64,000 nt of DNA from Chrysemys picta bellii. Taxonomy: Eukaryota. Below the pieces are notes generated by a model. It was not told the DNA's origin. It did not search any database and saw only the letters and a program-made list of their open reading frames with translations. Positions 24,501 through 35,160 of the stretch are shown one piece after another. The translations under genes were made by a program, and so were the position numbers. The DNA lies in assembly GCF_011386835.1 (NCBI RefSeq), contig NC_088802.1, positions 2,046,001 to 2,110,000 on the forward strand, given 5' to 3'. How positions within the stretch are numbered: the first letter of the stretch is position 1; every line of letters begins with the position of its first letter.

Positions 24501-27500
24501 TCTCCCCTGGTCTCCCGCCACCTCCCTCCCACCCCGGGTCAGACCCTGGGCCCATCTACCCTGGTATCCCGCCTCCTCCCACCCCGGGTCAGACCCTGGG
24601 CCCATATACCCTGGTATCCAGCCTCCTCCCTCCCACCCCGGGTCAGACCAACGGGCCCATCTACCCTGGTCTCCCGCCTCCTCCCTCCCACCCCGGGTGA
24701 GACCCTGGGCCCATCTACCCTGGTATCCCGCCTGCTCCCTCCCACCCCGGGTCAGACCCTGGGCCCATCTCCCCTGGTCTCCCGCCTCCTCCCTCCCACC
24801 CCGGGTCAGACCCTGGGCCCATCTCCCCTGGTCTCCCGCCTCCTCCCTCCCACCCCGGGTCAGACCCTGGGCCCATCTCCCCTGGTATCCCGCCTCCTCC
24901 CTCCCACCCCGGATCAGACCCTGGGCCCATCTCCCCTGGTATCCTGCCTCCTCCCTCCCACCCCGGGTGAGACCCTGGGCCCTTCTACCCTGGTCTCCCG
25001 CCTCCTCCCTCCCACCCCGGGTCAGACCCTGGGCCCATCTACCCTGGTCTCCCGCCTCCTCCCTCCCACCCCGGGTCAGACCCTGGGCCCATCTCCCCTG
25101 GTCTCCCGCCTCCTCCCTCCCACCCCGGGTCAGACCCTGCGCCCATCTACCCTGGTCTCCCGCCTCCTCCCTCCCACCCCGGGTCAGACCCTGGGCCCAT
25201 CTACCCTGGTATCCCGCCTCCTCCCTCCCACCCCGGGTGAGACCCTGGGCCCTTCTACCCTGGTCTCCCGCCTCCTCCCTCTCACCCTGGGTCAGACCCT
25301 CAGCGCATCTACCCTGGTATCCTGCCTCCTCCCACCCCGGGTCAGACCCTGGGCCCATCTCCCCTGGTCTCCCGCCTCCTCCCTCCCACCCCGGGTCAGA
25401 CCCTGGGCCCATCTCCCCTGGTCTCCCGCCTCCTCCCTCCCACCCCGGGTCAGACCCTGGGCCCATCTACCCTGGTATCCCGCCTGCTCCCTCCCACCCC
25501 GGCTCAGACCCTGGGCCCATCTACCCTGGTCTCCCGCCTCGTCCCTCCCACCCCGGGTCAGACCCTGGACCCATCTCCCCTGGTCTCCCGCCTCCTCCCT
25601 CCCACCCCGGGTCAGACCCTGGGCCCATCTACCCTGGTATCCCGCCTGCTCCCTCCCACCCCGGGTCAGACCCTGGGCCCATCTACCCTGGTATCCCGCC
25701 TCCTCCCTCCCACCCCGGGTCAGACCCTGGGCCCATCTACCCTGGTATCCCGCCTGCTCCCTCCCACCCCGGCTCAGACCCTGGGCCCATCTACCCTGGT
25801 CTCCCGCCTCCTCCCTCCCACCCCGGGTCAGACCCTGGGCCCATCTACCCTGGTATCCCGCCTGCTCCCTCCCACCCCGGCTCAGACCCTGGGCCCATCT
25901 ACCCTGGTCTCCCGCCTCCTCCCTCCCACCCCGGGTCAGACCCTGGGCCCATCTCCCCTGGTCTCCCGCCTCCTCCCTCTCACCCTGGGTCAGACCCTCA
26001 GCGCATCTACCCTGGTATCCTGCCTCCTCCCACCCCGGGTCAGACCCTGGGCCCATCTCCCCTGGTCTCCCGCCTCCTCCCTCCCACCCCGGGTCAGACC
26101 CTGGGCCCATCTCCCCTGGTCTCCCGCCTCCTCCCTCCCACCCCGGGACAGACCCTGGGCCCATCTACCCTGGTATCCCGCCTGCTCCCTCCCACCCCGG
26201 CTCAGACCCTGGGCCCATCTACCCTGGTCTCCCGCCTCGTCCCTCCCACCCCGGGTCAGACCCTGGACCCATCTCCCCTGGTCTCCCGCCTCCTCCCTCC
26301 CACCCCGGGTCAGACCCTGGGCCCATCTACCCTGGTATCCCGCCTGCTCCCTCCCACCCCGGGTCAGACCCTGGGCCCATCTCCCCTGGTATCCCGCCTG
26401 CTCCCTCCCACCCCGGCTCAGACCCTGGCCCATCTACCCTGGTCTCCCGCCTCCTCCCTCCCACCCCGGGTCAGACCCTGGGCCCATCTACCCTGGTCTC
26501 CCGCCTCCTCCCTCCCACCCCGGGTCAGACCCTGGGCCCATCTCCCCTGGTCTCCCGCCTCCTCCCTCCCACCCCGGGTCAGACCCTGGGCCCATCTCCC
26601 CTGGTCTCCCGCCTCCTCCCTCCCACCCCGGGTCAGACCCTGGGCCCATCTCCCCTGGTCTCCCGCCTCCTCCCTCCCACCCCGGGTCAGACCCTGCGCC
26701 CATCTCCCCTGGTCTCCAGCCTCCTCCCACCCCGGGTCAGACCCTGGGCCCATCTACCCTGGTCTCCCGCCTCCCCCCTCCCACCCTGGGTCAGACCCTG
26801 GGCCCATCTCCCCTGGTATCCAGCCTCCTCCCTCCCACCCCGGGTCAGACCCTGGGCCCATCTCCCCTGGTCTCCCGCCTCCTCCCTCCCTCCCACCCCG
26901 GGTCAGACCCTGGGCCCATCTCCCCTGGTATCCAGCCTCCTCCCTCCCACCCCGGGTCAGACCCTGGGCCCATCTACCCTGGTCTCCCGCCTCCTCCCTC
27001 CCACCCCGGGTCAGACCCTGGGCCCATCTACCCTGGTCTCCCGCCTCCTCCCTCCCACCCCGGGTCAGACCCTGGGCCCATCTACCCTGGTCTCCCGCCT
27101 CCTCCCTCCCACCCCGGGTCAGACCCTGCGCCCATCTCCCCTGGTCTCCCGCCTCCTCCCTGCCACCCCGGGTCAGACCCTGCGCCCATCTCCCCTGGTC
27201 TCCCGCCTCCTCCCTCCCACCCCGGGTCAGACCCTGCGCCCATCTACCCTGGTCTCCCGCCTCCTCCCTCCCACCCCGGGTCAGACCCTGGGCCCATCTC
27301 CCCTGGTCTCCCGCCTCCTCCCTCCCACCCCGGGTCAGACCCTGGGCCCATCTCCCCTGGTCTCCCGCCTCCTCCCTCCCACCCCGGGTCAGACCCTGGG
27401 CCCATCTACCCTGGTATCCCGCCTCCTCCCTCCCACCCCGGGTCAGACCCTGCGCCCATCTCCCCTGGTATCCCGCCTCCTCCCTCCCACCCCGGGTCAG

Positions 27501-27857
27501 ACCCTGGGCCCATCTCCCCTGGTCTCCCGCCTCCTCCCTCCCACCCCGGGTCAGACCCTGGGCCCATCTACCCTGGTCTCCCGCCTCCTCCCTCCCACCC
27601 TGGGTCAGACCCTGCGCCCATCTCCCCTGGTCTCCCGCCTCCTCCCTCCCACCCCGGGTCAGACCCTGGGCCCATCTACCCTGGTCTCCCGCCTCCTCCC
27701 TCCCACCCCGGGTCAGACCCTGGGCCCATCTACCCTGGTATCCCGCCTCCTCCCACCCCGGGTCAGACCCTGGGCCCATCTCCCCTGGTCTCCCGCCTCC
27801 TCCCTCCCACCCCGGGTCAGACCCTGCGCCCATCTCCCCTGGTCTCCCGCCTCCCCC
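21540..27857. repeat. About 6.3 kb homogeneous 54-bp tandem repeat (CCCGGGTCAGACCCTGGGCCCATCTACCCTGGTCTCCCGCCTCCTCCCTCCCA)
   Basis: The translated period is 18 aa in each frame (HPGSDPGPIYPGLPPPPS), i.e. 54 bp, with occasional shorter units. A 10-N gap lies at 23835-23844. Confidence 0.95.
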
Positions 27858-28686
27858 AGTGAATAGCGGAGGTTGATCAATGTTATTTGGTGGCTGGAAA
27901 TGTTGGTCTCTGCCGCCGCCCCGTGGCCAGTGCCTAGAACTGCACCTTACACCCGCCGCATGTGCGTTCGGAGCCCGGGCAGGAGCGTGTCCCCCCCCCC
28001 CCATTCCGGCCCCATTGCCCCAGGGCGGCGCTAGGGGTCGCTGGGTGCGTGGAGTGGGGCGGGGGCGGGGGCAGGGGGTGGCGGGGCCAGCAGGGGGAGC
28101 CCAGGAGGGGGCGCTGGGCTGTGGGGGGCAGGGGGGCAGCAGAGGGGAGCGGGGGGCACTGGGCTGTGGGGGGTGGGGCAGGGGGTGGCGGGGGCGCAGC
28201 GGGGGGGAGCCCAGCAGGGGGCGCTGGACTGTGGGGGGTGGGGCAGGGGGTGGCGGGGGGCAGCGGGGGGAGCCCAGCAGGGGGCGCTGGGCTGTGGGGG
28301 GGCAGCAGGGGGGAGCGGGGAGCAATCGGCTGTGGGGGGCAGGGAGTGGCGGGGGGCAGCAGGGAGAGCCCAGCAGGGGTCGCTGGGCTGTGGGGGGTGG
28401 GGCAGGGGGTGGCGGGGGGCAGCGGGGGGAGCCCAGCAGGGGGTGCTGGGCTGTAGGGGGGCAGCAGAGGGGAGCAGGGGGCACTGGGCTGTGGGGGGCA
28501 GGGACGGGGGGCAGCAGGGGGAGCCCAGCAGGGGCGCTGGGCTGTGGGGGGGTAGCAGGGGGAAGCGGGGGGCACTGGGCTGTGGGGGGCAGGGTCCAGG
28601 GCAGGGGGCAGCGGGGGGAGCCCAGCAGGGGGCGCTGGGCTGTAGGGGGGCAGCAGAGGGGAGCAGGGGGCAGTGGGCTGTGGGGG

Positions 28687-29766
28687 TGTGACAATGCGGT
28701 TCTGGCGGAACCCAACTGAGAGTGCCAACTCAGGACAAATTGCTCAAACAGGGCAGTTACAGCCCAAGGCTGGGGGTTTTTCCACCTCTAAGGCAAACCA
28801 AACCAGCCAGACTAAGACTTCGGTCTCACCCCACTGGCTAACCGCAAGTCTCACAAGCAATCTCCTTAGACACTCCAGTTTCCCAGTATTACCACCAGTG
28901 CCACACGTTATGGGGACAAATGGTTATAAAAACCAATACCCCAGTAAAAGAGAAAGGTTCTCCTGATCCCAAAGGACCAAGCCCCAGACCCAGGTCAATA
29001 GACAAGTCAGACCTTACCCACAAATCACGCTACTGCCAATCCTTTAGAATCTAAAATCTAAAGGTTTATTCATAAAAGGAAAAAGATAGAGATGAGAGTT
29101 AGAATTGGTTAAATGGAATCAATTACATACAGTAATGGCAAAGTTCTTGGTTCAGGCTTGCAGCAGCGATGGAATAAACTGCAGGTTCAAATCAAGTCTC
29201 TGGAATACATCCCCAGCTGGGATGGGTCATTCAGTCCTTTGTTCAGAGCTTCAGTTTGTAGCAAAGTCCCTCCAGAGGTAAGAAGCAGGATTGAAGACCA
29301 GATGGAGATCAGGCATCAGCCTTATATAGTCTTTTCCAGGTGTAAGATCACCTCTTTGTTCTTACTGTGGAAAATTACAGCAAAATGGAGTCTGGAGTCA
29401 CATGGGCCAGTCCCTGCATACTTTGCTGAGGTACAAGGCGTATCTGCCTTCTCTCAATGGGTCCATTGTATAGCTGATGGTCCTTAATGGGCCATCAAGC
29501 AGGCTAGGCAGAGCTAATCTCAGCTTGTCTGGGATGTCACCCAGAAGCATAGCATAAGTTTGCCATACAGACAGTATAGAGCCAATATTCATAACTTCGA
29601 CTACAAAACTGATACATACATATAGACAGCATAATCATAACCAGTAAACCATAACCTTGTCCTAGACACCCCATTTGACCCCCTTTATACAAGATTTGGG
29701 TGCCACTACAGGACCTTGGTTGCAACAATGATCTATATGGTCCCAGTTTATGTCAATAACGTCACA
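28687..29766. mobile_element. Solo LTR (Gypsy-like), 1080 bp
   Basis: Terminal inverted TGTGAC...GTCACA, flanked by G runs consistent with a GGGG target-site duplication. It splits a GC-rich minisatellite (28040-28686 and 29767-29960). Confidence 0.8.
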
Positions 29767-30029
29767 GGGGGGCAGGGACAGGGGGCAGCGGGGGGAGCTC
29801 AGCAGGGGCGCTGGGCTGTGGGGGGGCAGCAGGGGGGAACGGGGGGCACTGGGCTATGGGGGCAGGGTCCAGGGCAGGGGGCAGCGGGGGGGAGCGGGGG
29901 GCACTGGGCTGTGGGGGGCAGGGGCCAGGGCAGGGGGCAGCGGGGGGAGCCCAGCAGGGGGCGCTGTGCCCAGGCCAGCCGGTTGCCTCGCTGGGCGCTG
30001 TGACAAGGACAGTAACACGAGTGGGGCAC

Positions 30030-30262
30030 AAAGATTTTTATTACAATATCACGCAATAAATAAACCAAACGCTGACGATAAATACGGGGTGAGGGAGCTG
30101 GACGTCCTAGGCCAGTGACTGTGCACAGGGGCCGGATTAATTGTGCTTCACGCGCACACACACAGACACGCACACACACAGACTCCTCCTTCCCCCGGGG
30201 GAACGACTCGGCCCAGCGCACCAGCAGCCGGCCAATAAATACATAAATAGATAAATAGACAA
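30030..30262 (-). promoter_or_regulatory. TRAF-like 3'UTR: ATTTA cluster and AATAAA poly(A) signal
   Basis: CTATTTATCTATTTATGTATTTATT on the minus strand at about 30258-30234; AATAAA at 30042-30037. Confidence 0.6.
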
Positions 30263-30794
30263 TTCATTGCTTAGAGAGACCCGCGAACGTCGCCGTCCTG
30301 TGTGCAGCTCGGGTCGTTATTAACGGTCATCAATTATCATCAGCCAGAGAACCCAGTGGCCGGCAAATTAGTCTCCCATCCGCCTGCACAAACCAGCCAG
30401 GCGCCGCTGAGCATTGGGGTCTGGCTCAAACAGCCCAGAGCCTGCTCAACTCAACCCCCACGTCTCCCTCCCCTCCAAGCCCCCAAACAGCCCAGTCCCT
30501 GCTGAGCATAGGGGGTCTCAGGTCTCCCATCTGTTCTCAGAACCGCCCCCCCCTGCTTAGCTTTAAAAGCCCAACAAGCGTGTAGTGATCTAAACCACAA
30601 GGGTAACTTCCACTACATTCACCCTCTGGCAGCTGGAAGATTTCCGAGCCGCTAACGCGCAAGGAAAGTCTTTGGCGGGAGAGCTGGAGGGTGGTAGGGG
30701 GCAGCATTGGGGGTCAGAGCTTTAGGGGGGGCTGAGGGAGGAATAGGAAGAGTCAGGAGGCTATGGGGGCAGAGGAACCCCCCACCCCCAAAGC

Positions 30795-31466
30795 TCACAC
30801 CTCCATCCCAGACGTGTCCACCACCACCTTGACGTAGAGGGTGTCATCTTTGAGGTAGTTTTGGAGCTGTCCATGGGGGGCAAAGAGGGGGCTCCCGCTA
30901 GCCACGTTCAGCTGGCCCCGGGGCTGCTGGAAGGACGTGCTGCAGGGGTCAGGGGCGAACGTCTCCCTCAGGGCCGGCCTCTGCCGCCAGGGATCCAGGA
31001 GGTAGAAGGTGACCTTGCAGAGGAAAGGCCAAGGCAGGAGATCATCGTAGGGCCCCTTGGCCAAGGCCATGAACAGCGAGAGGTGGGTCCCCTGGCCGGC
31101 CCCATCCCCGTCTGGGTAGAGCCGGAGGCAGAGCCGGTAGCCGAAGGGGTGGGTGGCGAAGACCGAGGAATACATGGACGCTCTCCTCCCGGCCTTGGCG
31201 TCCCCCAGCAGCTTGGAGAACCCTTGGAGCTTCCAAACCAGGGTCCCGTCGGCGCTGGCCAGCTCCGGGGACGTCGCCACAGCCCCCCGAGCCCCATGGG
31301 AGCAGCCGGACGGCTCCGCGGAGATCCCCGGGGACGGCTGGTCCTGGAGGCACCGACGTCGCAGAGCTTCCATGGTGCCGGCCTGGCTCTGCAGCTCCCG
31401 GCGCAAGGACGTCACCATAACCTCCAACTGCTGTATCCGCCGCTGGAGCTCCGGGGACGGGGCGTC
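30795..31466 (-). CDS. TRAF-like last exon: coiled coil plus complete MATH domain
   Basis: Polypyrimidine tract and CAG acceptor at 31469-31467; 223 codons to TGA; diagnostic TRAF-C motifs present. Confidence 0.93.
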   Translation of the reverse strand, partial: DAPSPELQRRIQQLEVMVTSLRRELQSQAGTMEALRRRCLQDQPSPGISAEPSGCSHGARGAVATSPELASADGTLVWKLQGFSKLLGDAKAGRRASMYSSVFATHPFGYRLCLRLYPDGDGAGQGTHLSLFMALAKGPYDDLLPWPFLCKVTFYLLDPWRQRPALRETFAPDPCSTSFQQPRGQLNVASGSPLFAPHGQLQNYLKDDTLYVKVVVDTSGMEV

Positions 31467-34284
31467 CTGGGGGAGGAAGGGAGAGGGGTCAGCTCCCATC
31501 TGGCTCCCGCCCTGCACATCTGGCTGGGCTCCCCTGCCCCCCTGCACATCTGGCTGCAAACTGCTTCCCCCCAGCCTGCCCATCTGGCTACCCCTAAAAC
31601 ATCTGGCCAAAAGCTTCCACCTCCCCTTCCCCATCTGCCCCCCCCCCACGTAAACATCAGCCTACATGATCCTCCCCTCTCCACATCTGGCTACCAGGCC
31701 TCCTCCTTCCCCCTGCACATCTGGTGGCTGCCTTGTGACTCACCATCGCGTGGGGCTCCGGGTCCTTCGGAGCTGACTTCTCCTCCGGGCCGGGAATCGC
31801 CGCTGGGGGGCAGAGGTGCTCCTGCAGCAGGGGAGAGGAGGGGGTTAGAGGATGGGGGGTGCCGGGAGGGGGCAGCAGGGCAGGATGAGGCTGGCCCGGG
31901 GGAGGGGGGTAGAAGGGGCAAATTGGGGGGGTTAAGGGGACTCCAGCAAGGGCCGTGAGGGTCAGAGGGGATGGAGTCTGGAGGGGGCAGCAGTGGGGGG
32001 TGCCATGGGAGGGGGGAGAGTCTAGGGGGTTTAGAGGGGTTAGTGATGGGAGATGGGGCGGAGTGAGGCTAAAAAGGGGAACTGGCCCTTTAAGAGCTCC
32101 AGCCTGCCATTCCCAGGGACGGCCACCAGGGGGCGGCCCTGCACCATCAATCCAGCCCCAGAGCAGACATGGGCCTGGCTGGTTCAGGGGGGCGGGGAAT
32201 GGGGCAGGGGCCTGTCCCCTCTAGGGGGCGCCGGCTCCCATCTGCCCCAGGGCAGGGCCTGGCTGGCTCAGGGGGGCGGGGAATGGGGCGGGGCCTGTCC
32301 CCTCTAGGGGGCGCCGGCTCCCACCCGGCCCCAGGGCAGGGACTGGCTGGCTCAGGGGGGCGGGGAATGGGACAGGGTCCTGTCCCCTCTAGGGGGCGCC
32401 GGCTCCCACCCGGCCCCAGGGCAGGGACTGGCTGGCTCAGGGGGGCGGGGAATGGGGCAGGGTCCTGTCCCCTCTAGGGGGCGCCGGCTCCCACCCAGCC
32501 CCAGGGCAGGGACTGGCTGGTTCAGGGGGGCGGGGAATGGGGCAGGGTCCTGTCCCCTCTAGGGGGCGCCGGCTCCCACCCAGCCCCAGGGCAGGGACTG
32601 GCTGGTTCAGGGGGTGGGGAATGGGGCGGGGCCTGTCCCCTCTAGGGGGCGCCGGCTCCCACCCGGCCCCAGGGCAGGGACTGGCTGGCTCGGGGGGGCG
32701 GGGAATGGGGCGGGGCCTGTCCCCTCTAGGGGGCGCCGGCTCCCACCCCGGCCCCAGGGTGGGACTGGCTGGCTCGGGGGGGCGGGGAATGGGGCAGGGG
32801 CCTGTCCCCTCTAGGGGGCGCCAGCTCCCACCCGGCCCCAGGGCAGGGACTGGCTGGCTCAGGGGGGCGGGGAATGGGGCGGGGCCTGTCCCCTCTAGGG
32901 GGCGCCGGCTCCCACCCGACCCCAGGGCAGGGACTGGCTGGCTCAGGGGGTGGGGAATGGGGCGGGGCCTGTCCCCTCTAGGGGGCGCAGGCCCTGATCT
33001 GGTCTGGGGAGTGTCTGAGTCCCGAGTTCTTACCAGGTAGGACGCCAGGGTCCCCGTCCAGCTGCAGCTGGCTCTGGGGCAGGTCACGGCCGTGCTGAGA
33101 GCGTCTTTCTCGGCTGCTCGGTCCTTGTAAAACTGAGGATAGAGAGAACAGAGAAGTAAATGAGTGAATCCACAGCGCTGCCGGTGCCCCTCACTCCCGA
33201 CCCGCAGCCCCTGCCAGCCCAGCCCTGCCCCCCCAGCTCTGCCGGTGCCCCCTCACTCCCGACCCGCAGCCCCTGCTAGCCCAGCCCTGCCCCCCCCCCC
33301 CAGCTCTGCTGGTGCCCCTCACACCCGACCCGCAGCCCCCTGCCAGCCCAGCCCTGCCCCCCCCCCAGCTCTGCCGGTGCCCCTCACTCCCAACTCGCAG
33401 CCCCTGCTAGCGCAGCCCTGCCCCCCACAGCTCTGCCGGTGCCCCTCACACCCGACCCGCAGCCCCCTGCCAGCCCAGCCCTGCCCCCCCAGCTCTGCCG
33501 GTGCCCCTCACTCCCGACCCGCAGCCCCCAGCATTTTCCGGGTGACACTCACCTGGTTGGGGCTCAGTCTCTCGTTACAAATGCAGCAGGTCACCTTGTC
33601 TGTGTCCCTGTAAAGAGACAAATCCTGTCATCAGAGTTCAGCGCAGCCCCACCCCACACGCTGCCACACGGGGGCACGGCTGCTTACATACATGTCAGAG
33701 ACAGACCCTCTCCTGGTGCCCCTCACTCCCGACCCGCAGCCCCTGCTAGCCCAGCCCAGCCCCTCCCCCCAGCTCTGCTGGTGCCCCTCACTCCCGACCC
33801 GCAGCCCCTGCCAGCCCAGCCCAGCCCCCCCCCCCAGCTCTGCCGGTGCCCCTCACTCCCGACCCGCAGCCCCTGCTAGCCCAGCCCAGCCCCCCCCCAG
33901 CTCTGCTGGTGCCCCTCACTCCCGACCCGCAGCCCCTGCCAGCCCAGCCCAGCCCCCCCCCCAGCTCTGCCGGTGCCCCTCACTCCCGACCCGCAGCCCC
34001 TGCTAGCCCAGTCCTGCTCCCCCTCCAGCTCTGCCGGTGCACCTCACTCCCGACCCACAGCCCCTGCCAGCCCAGCCCTGCCCCCCCAGCTCTGCCGGTG
34101 CCCCTCACTCCCGACCCGCAGCCCCTGGCGCTCACCCCAGCAGTCGCTGCACGCAGGCGGCACAGTACCGATGGCCACACTCTGTCTGCTGGGGCCGGAT
34201 GAGCAGGAAGCCACAGGCCGAGCAGAGCAAGCCGGAGCCCCGGGCCGGATCCACTGGCTTGAGGCCTGCCCCGAACTTCACCAT
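30795..34284 (-). CDS. TRAF2/3/5-family TNF receptor-associated factor-like protein, 5 coding exons, 350 aa (RING, one zinc finger, coiled coil, MATH/TRAF-C)
   Basis: Exons 34284-34136, 33607-33553, 33132-33034, 31821-31744 and 31466-30795 have canonical GT-AG sites, phases 2/0/0/0, and total 1053 nt with no stop. C3HC4 RING: CSAC...PQQTECGHRYCAAC...TCCIC. Zinc finger: CPRASCSWTGTLASYLEHLC. MATH: DGTLVWK...GYRLCLRLYPDGDGAGQGTHLSLF...GPYDDLLPWPF...LKDDTLYVKVVVD. The ATG at 34284 is in a GCACCATGG Kozak context; an alternative in-frame ATG lies at 34329. Confidence 0.92.
32160..32990. repeat. About 83-bp GC-rich intronic minisatellite (GGCAGGGACTGGCTGGCTCAGGGGGGCGGGGAATGGGG...)
   Basis: About 10 tandem copies in the TRAF-like intron. 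Confidence 0.9.
34136..34284 (-). CDS. TRAF-like first coding exon (RING N-terminal half)
   Basis: Encodes LLCSACGFLLIRPQQTECGHRYCAACVQRLLG and ends at a phase-2 GG|GTGAG donor. Confidence 0.9.
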
Positions 34285-34349
34285 GGTGCCCCCTGGGCCG
34301 TGCGGCTGGGCGCTGGGGCTGGGAGACATCTGCTCGGGGCGGGACGGGT

Positions 34350-34410
34350 TCAGGGTTTATATGGCACCGGCCTCGGGGCTGGGGCGGGAATTCCTGCCCG
34401 TGAGTCACCC
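34350..34410 (-). promoter_or_regulatory. TRAF-like promoter: TATAAA, kB and AP-1 sites
   Basis: TATAAA on the minus strand at 34361-34356; GGGAATTCCT at 34386-34395; TGAGTCA at 34401-34407. A further GGGGACATTTCCCC lies at about 35367-35380. Confidence 0.7.
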
Positions 34411-34539
34411 TGTCCCAGCCCAGCTGTGATGTGAGAACGACGCCAGAGCCTTCCTCTTGGGTCATCCTGACGGGGAGTGAGGGGTGTGACGGGGGTGTGT
34501 GCCGGAGAGCCGGGGTGGGGGGAGAGAAAGAAAACAACG

Positions 34540-35160
34540 ACATCAGAGGAAAGAACGAATAAAAGGAATGGGAAAAGGAAAGAAAATGGATAGAAGAAAG
34601 AAAGCAAAAGGGAAATTCAAGGATAGAAAGAAAACCATGATACAAATGGAGGAAAGAAAGGAAAAATGGATAGACATAGAAATAACGTGGGTGCAAAAGC
34701 AAAGGGCATAGCAAAAAGGATAGCAAGAAAGACACGAGTTAAGGAACAAGGGGAGGAAAGAACAAATGAATGAGGGAATGAAAGGATGGGAGAAGAAAGG
34801 AAAGTCACAAAGAGTGAATGAAGGAATAACCGAACGAGCGGGGGCACAGATGAGGGAACGAAGGGCTGAATGAAAAAAGAAAGAGGGAGGGAAAAAGGCA
34901 GGAAAGGAAAAAGGAGCCGGAGGATGAAGGCGGGAAAGGAAAGGAAGGAAGGAGTCAGTGAAAAAAGAAAAGAACGCGCCAATGCGTGAAGGAAAGCAAT
35001 CGGATGAAGAAAACCGAACGAGGAACTGACGAAGGATGAACAGACGAGGAAGGAGACAGAACGAGGCAATGGAGGAGAGACCGACGGGAACGTGGACGCC
35101 AGACGGCAGAGGGATGGACGACCGAGGAAGGGTGGCGGGAAGAGAGACCTGCAGAAAGGA
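34540..35160. repeat. Purine-rich (GAAA/GGAA) low-complexity tract
   Basis: Directly visible; it explains the F/S/L-rich minus-strand ORFs. Confidence 0.85.

Noticed and set aside
21540-27857. CRISPR-like array
   Set aside because: Units are contiguous with no unique spacers, and the genome is eukaryotic.
22018-28715. Very long Pro-rich or Gly/Arg-rich ORFs (365-1059 aa) resembling collagen, mucin or extensin
   Set aside because: They arise in several frames on both strands because the 54-bp unit is a multiple of three and lacks stops; there is no promoter, start or splice support.
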